A stretch of 64,000 nucleotides of DNA. Source: Eledone cirrhosa (taxonomy: Eukaryota). Below are positions 58,527-64,000 of this stretch, in pieces; the stretch's first letter is position 1, and the number at the start of each line of letters is the position of its first letter. Below the pieces are notes generated by a model. The model saw nothing but the letters and a program-made list of their open reading frames with translations. It searched no databases and was not told where the DNA came from. The stretch lies in assembly GCA_964016885.1 (NCBI GenBank), contig OZ024743.1, positions 143,406,001 to 143,470,000 on the forward strand, given 5' to 3'. Made by a program: the position numbers and the translations under genes.

Positions 58527-61020
58527 TTCATCATCATCATCACCGTTTTACGTCCGTTCTTCCACGCTAGCATGGGTTAGACGGGTTGTCCTGTTGTGGG
58601 CAGTAGTCGGTTGGCTGACCTTGTCTTGCTCATACGGGAACTGATTCTGGCTTGATTTCTACAGCTGGATGCCCTTCCTAACACCAACCTCATTTACAGT
58701 GAGTGCTGGGTGCTTTTTTTCCGTGGTGCCTACATGTCCACTTTACAGTGTGGGCTGGGTGCTTTTTTGCAGTGGGAGGGTGTGGGGGCATATTGTCTAT
58801 ATGCTTCAGCTTTGGCTTGTACCCATGAGGGGTCAGGTCTTCTGTATTACTGCGTGACGCCAGGGGTCATGTGTCATCGCGTTTGAGAGGTGTAATTGGG
58901 TAAGGTCGGCTTTTATCACCTCATCCCAGGTCTTCTTGGGTCTCCGCTGCTTCCATTGACTTCTAGTGCTCTGCACCTTTTTATGCAGCTGTCATCCTTC
59001 ATACACATCACATGTCCATACCAATGCAACCGCCTCTCCTGCACACAGCATTTGATTCCTCTTATGCTCAGTCTCTCTCTCAATTCATTTATGCTTTGCC
59101 GTTCACGTATATTACTATTACACATCCATCAGAGCATGCAGGCTTCGTTTCTTTCTAATCTACGTAAGTGTTCCACAGACAGCGCCCAGGTCTCACTACC
59201 ATGTAACATTGCTGTTCGTATACACACATCATACAGTCTGCCTTTCATTTCGAGGGGAAAAGCCTTTTGCAGCTAGCAGTGGCAGTAGCTCTCTGAACTT
59301 CTTGCATCCCATTGTTACCCTAATTATTGTACTTCCCGAACACCCACCTCCACTGCTAATTCGGTCACCTAGGTAGCAGAAGCTGTCTACTGTTTCTACA
59401 GAGCCCTCCCAGAGTTTGATGGTACTTGTTTCCTGTGGCTGCTTGCTGTCCCAGCACAGCTGTTACATGTGAAGCCTACATTCTTAGTTAAGCTTCCTGA
59501 GATCCTGCTACATCTCTTGTGTACCCATTGTTTGCATTTGGGGCAGAGAATGGAGTTCCTACGTACTGAGCAAGGCCATTTCCCTGAGGGGATCTGGGTT
59601 CTGTTTTCTCGTCTACTTACAAGGACCTTAGTCTTTGTCAGGTTGACTTTGAGACCCTTTCTTTCTAGTCCCTGCTTCCAAGTTTGGAATTTCTTCTCTA
59701 GTTCTACCATAGATTCAGCTATAAGTGCGAGGTCATCTGCACACAGAAGTTCCGATGGGCATCCGGTCTTAAACTCCTCCGTTATTGCCTGCAGGACTAT
59801 GATGAACAGGAGAGGGCTAAGAACAGAGCCCTGGTGGACACCAACCTGTACGCCAAATTCCTCACTATACTCATTGCTAATCCTAACTTTGCTGACTGCT
59901 CCCCTATACATGGCTTGTACAGCTTTCACAAGCCATTCATCTACTCCTAGTTTTCTAAGAGCCCACCAGATTATAGCACGGGGAACTCTGTCAAAGGCTT
60001 TCTCGAGATCGACGAATGCCAGGTAGAGTGGCTTACTTTTAGCTAGGTACTTTTCCTATAACTGCCTCACAAGGAAGAGGGCATCAGTAGTGCTTCTTCC
60101 TGGCACAAACCCAAATTGCATCTCATCTAGTTTCACCCTAATCAACTCTTTCTGTTACTTTCATGACCTGGTCCATCAGCTTTTATACCTCTATAGTTTC
60201 CTCTATCTAGTGCATCACCTTTACCTTTGTAGCAGTTGACAATGATGCTACTGCACCAATCCTTTGGTATGACACCTTCTAGTATTACCTGGTTAACAAT
60301 ACGTGTGGTTATGGTGTGACCTACCGACCCAGATGCCTTCAGCATCTCAGCAGCTATACCCGATGGACCGGTTGCCTTGTATTATCTAATTGACAATGCG
60401 AGTTACTAGTTCGGCTCCTACTTCTGTCAATGCCTTTAACATCTCAGTAACTATCTCTATGGTCCCACAGCTTTACCATTCTTGATTGTATCTTTGACTG
60501 TTAATTTCAATAGTTGGTCCCTCTGTATGGTTATTCTTTACATTCATCAGCGTCTCATATTAACATTTCCAAACCTCTTTCTTTTGAGCTTCAGTGGTGT
60601 TAAGTGCACCAGTGTCATTTCTAATACACTTTTCCCCAACATCTTAATACACACTGACACATTGCCTTGCAATGCAGAACACTTCATATCTCTGGTCCTC
60701 ATGTTGCAAGACATTGGCAAACTTTCTTTCTTCAGCCTCTTTCTGAGCTATGTATACCTATCATCTAGCTTCTTTCTTAGCTACCTGATACTGGTCTCGC
60801 TACCTTAATTTTTCCAGTCTGTCCACATTTGTCTCTTGGCTTTAATGGCTCTATCCACTGTGCTAATCCATCACAAGGTCACCCTTTGTCTGGCTGCTGC
60901 CTTGCTCCAGCCAAAAGTCTCATCAGTAGTTTGCAATAGGTTGTCAAGTAAGAATTTTTAATTGCCCTCTATGTGATATGTATCTAAATCTTCTCCCCTC
61001 TCATCAAATGCATTCCATAG
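58527..61020 (-). mobile_element. RTE LINE (RT to 3' UTR), decayed
   Basis: AFVDLEKAFDRVPR, VGVHQGSVLSPLLF, CADD (for YADD), RRLHWYGHV; frameshifts; (GAT)n tail. Confidence 0.92.
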
Positions 61021-61029
61021 GACCTTTGT

Positions 61030-61900
61030 AAACCATAAGAGGAATTTAAGACTGGCTGTCCATGGGAACTTTTCTATGCAGATGGTCTGGTCCTTATAGC
61101 TGAATCCATAAAAGAACTAGAGAATAAGTTCTGACTATGGAAACTGAATTTGGAATCAAAAGGGCTCAGTAAACTTAGCTGAAACTAAAGTGCTAGTAAG
61201 TACGAAAGAAGAGAAGTAGCCTTACTCAATATGTAGAAAAGGAATAGACATAAACTCTCTACGATGTACACAATGTAAATCTTCGGTACACAAAATGTAA
61301 TGGAATAACAAGTAGACTAACAGGAAAGGAAGACTTTATATGTAAAAGATGCACAGATAATTGAGGAGAAGAGTGTCAGCGCTATAAACCTTTTCCAATC
61401 ACATGAAGGATCCATAAAAAGTGGTTGATAGCTTCTGCTCTCTAGGTGACATAATTAGTAGAGAAGGAGGGTGCGCCAAGAGCAAAATAGCTAGAGTAAG
61501 GATAGAAGAAGTTTGGAGAGCTACACTTACTGCTGACAACAAAAGGTTCTTCCCTACATACAAAAGAATGGCTGTATGATACCTGTGTGCAGAGTGTGAT
61601 ACTGCATGGTAGCAAAAAATGAGCAGTGACTTCAGAGGACATGTGTATGCTGAAGAGAAATGAAGCTACCATGGATGAACTTAGGAGGAAACTGGGTTTA
61701 AGAAGAATCCAAAGTGGTGTGCAAGAGAGAAGACTGTTGGTACAGACATGTGATGTGCATAGATGATGATTTCTGGAAGAAGTAGAAGGAGGGCATATAG
61801 GTAGACCAAGGAAGGCCTAGGTGGAGTTGTTGAGAGCTGATCTCAAATCACTGAGACTCACAGGAGATGGTGGAGAAATGCTGTGCTGAAAAGGACCCTG
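61030..61900 (+). mobile_element. Older RTE LINE 3' fragment, opposite orientation
   Basis: PWELFYAD, KTKVLVS, VQERRL; diverged homolog of 58900-59790. Confidence 0.8.
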
Positions 61901-62535
61901 AAGATGATCTATTTTTTCATCTATTATCACTCCAAGTCTCTTTATTCAACTTTCATTTTTTTATTTTCTTAATATTTTCTTGTTAATATTTTCAGTCTTC
62001 TCCATAGTTTTACCATAATGTATATTCACAATGAACTTATACTGAATTTTTAATGCAAATAGACCCTTGCTAAAGTCCCAGATTCTATTTTAATGATGTT
62101 AATAAAACAAAAAATAAATATATGTATGTATGTGTATATATATAATTTTCTTATTCCTATTACGGTTACCTACCCATATTTATGTGTTCCATTCATTTAT
62201 AGCAATTTTCCTGCCCTATATTGGCATGTAGATATTTCATCTTGCTTTTTTTTCCGTCTGTTTTCATCCCAAATAGATATCTTCTTTTAGATACTCTCGA
62301 TGCATTGGTAGCAAATAGTCATTAGAAGCATCTGAAACTATAATGATACCCAGAAGACAACCGAAGAGCAGGACTTGTCTATGTGCTTGTCCCTTCCAAG
62401 TTTTCTGTTTCCTATATGTGTCCCACATGTTTTTTTTTTTTAATGATATTATCATTGTAACTTACACAGCCTCATTTTGAAATCAAAACTGTTATTTACT
62501 ACTACTGTGATTCTCTCCCTCTCTCTATCTATCTA

Positions 62536-64000
62536 TCTAGGTCGTACCTAGATAGGTTCTTAGTTAGAATTAAGGATAAGGACTTTTTAAGTTGTCCAAA
62601 AATGCGCATGGTTGGCTATTCAGACCACAAATTAGTGACCTGCATGGTCAACCTTGACAGAACTCATAGACAGGGCCCCGGTTACTGGAAGCTCAACTTG
62701 TCCTTGCCGGCAAGTAGAGCCTACAGGAATCGGATTAGTACGTTAGTTAAGGAACGGTTGACTGGAGCGATCGTCAACAGCAGGTGGTGGGTATCTCTAA
62801 AGAGAGAGATTAGAGTAGTCTCGATAGAATTTAGTAAGGTTCTAGCTGCGGATAGGAATAGGAAGGAAAGGGAGCTAATAGATAGAGTAGAAGAGGCAAT
62901 TAGAAGCGGCGACGTGGCCAGAGTGCTAGCGTCGAGAACGGCTTTGAGCCAGTTTTTCGACGCGAAGCACGAAGGCTGCGTTGTCCGAAGTAAAATACGT
63001 GCTCTAGGGAACGAGGGGACCAAAGCTGTTAGCTGGGCCCGCGTGACAGAGGCCAACAGTGGAACTAAATCCACCATCCGGTCTTTGCGAGACCTGGATG
63101 GACGGGCGATTCTTGAGCCTAAGCAGATGTGTGAGGCCTTTCAAAGGCACTTTGCCCGACTGTTCGGGAGGGGCGGGGAGCCGGTTGGGAACGTGGACTT
63201 CGGTCCATACCTCAACGGCCTGCCGCGCCTCTCGGACAGGGAGGCGAAGTCCTGCGAGGAGCCGATTTCGGCCGCTGAGATAGAGGACGTGCTGAGCCAA
63301 TGCGGCAAACGCAAATCCCCGGGTCTCGATGGTCTTCCTTACGAATTATATCTAGCTATGCCGGACTTGTTCCCCGATCTCCTCGAGGTGGTCTACTGCA
63401 ACTGGCAACAGAACGGGAGAATTCCCTGTACTGTGACCAAGGGCGTAGTCACGCTAGTGAGGAAGGACGAGAACAAGGGGGACGAAATAAGTAACTTCAG
63501 GCCCATAACTCTGCTAAATACAGAGTTACAGATTTTGGCCAAGGTGCTAGCAAAGAGGTTGGCGCTTGTCGTGGGCAACCTGGTGGGAGATGCGCAGACA
63601 TGCGCTATCCCGTCCAGGTCCATCCGTGACAACCTCCACCTCATGCGATACATCATAGAGAGGGTTGGGAACGAACCCGGCTTTGGTGGGGCTCTGATCA
63701 ACTTGGATCAATCTAAGGCGTTCGATAGGGTCGACCATGGTTACCTGGATGCGGTGCTAGCGGCGGCAGGCTTCGGACCCGTTTTCAGGGGCTGGATCAC
63801 TGCTATGCACAGCAGCCGCATCTGCTCTAGGGTCAAGGTGAACGGCTACCTCTCGGAGCCGTTCAAAATCGCGCGGTCCATCCGACAAGGGTGCCCTCTC
63901 TCCTCCCTTCTGTATGTGTTGACTCTCGAGCCACTACTGCGGAAGTTGGAGTTGTTGCAGGGCATCCCTTTGGAACCGGGATTGCGGAAAGCGGTGTCGG
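62536..64000 (+). mobile_element. Tx1/L1-clade LINE ORF2 (5'-truncated in the endonuclease; RT continues past the window), no stop codons
   Basis: Read manually from 62542: SYLDRFLV...SDHK...GPGYWKLN...KSPGLDGLP...NFRPITLLN...LDQSKAFDRVDH...SIRQGCPLS; ~486 open codons, GC-rich relative to flanks; absent from the ORF track because it has no stop in the window. Confidence 0.93.

Noticed and set aside
62721-63738. Short ORFs listed on both strands
   Set aside because: Shadow frames of the GC-rich Tx1 ORF2.

Overview
AT-rich, repeat-dense eukaryotic (metazoan) DNA. The SINE and RTE families resemble those I recall from Octopus/coleoid cephalopods; the taxon is an inference. Positions 1-16346 are a heptameric (YTTGGTG)n satellite with higher-order structure, and the many ORFs called there are artefacts. 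16.3-25 kb holds Helitron helicase remnants interleaved with a birth-and-death cluster of tRNA-Arg copies (one intact), an atypical tRNA-like cloverleaf with an AGC anticodon, and a 516-bp non-coding unit with terminal redundancy that carries a hammerhead ribozyme (retrozyme/Penelope-like). 25-43 kb is SINE pile-ups, MITEs and several CRE-clade retrotransposon remnants, one with twin-priming-like 5' inversion geometry. From 43.8 kb lie the first six coding exons (253 codons) of ATAD3. Its introns contain a second hammerhead, a minisatellite made from an exon's own splice donor, piggyBac-type MITEs, RTE/CR1 fragments and a stop-free Tx1/L1-type ORF2 that runs off the window end.
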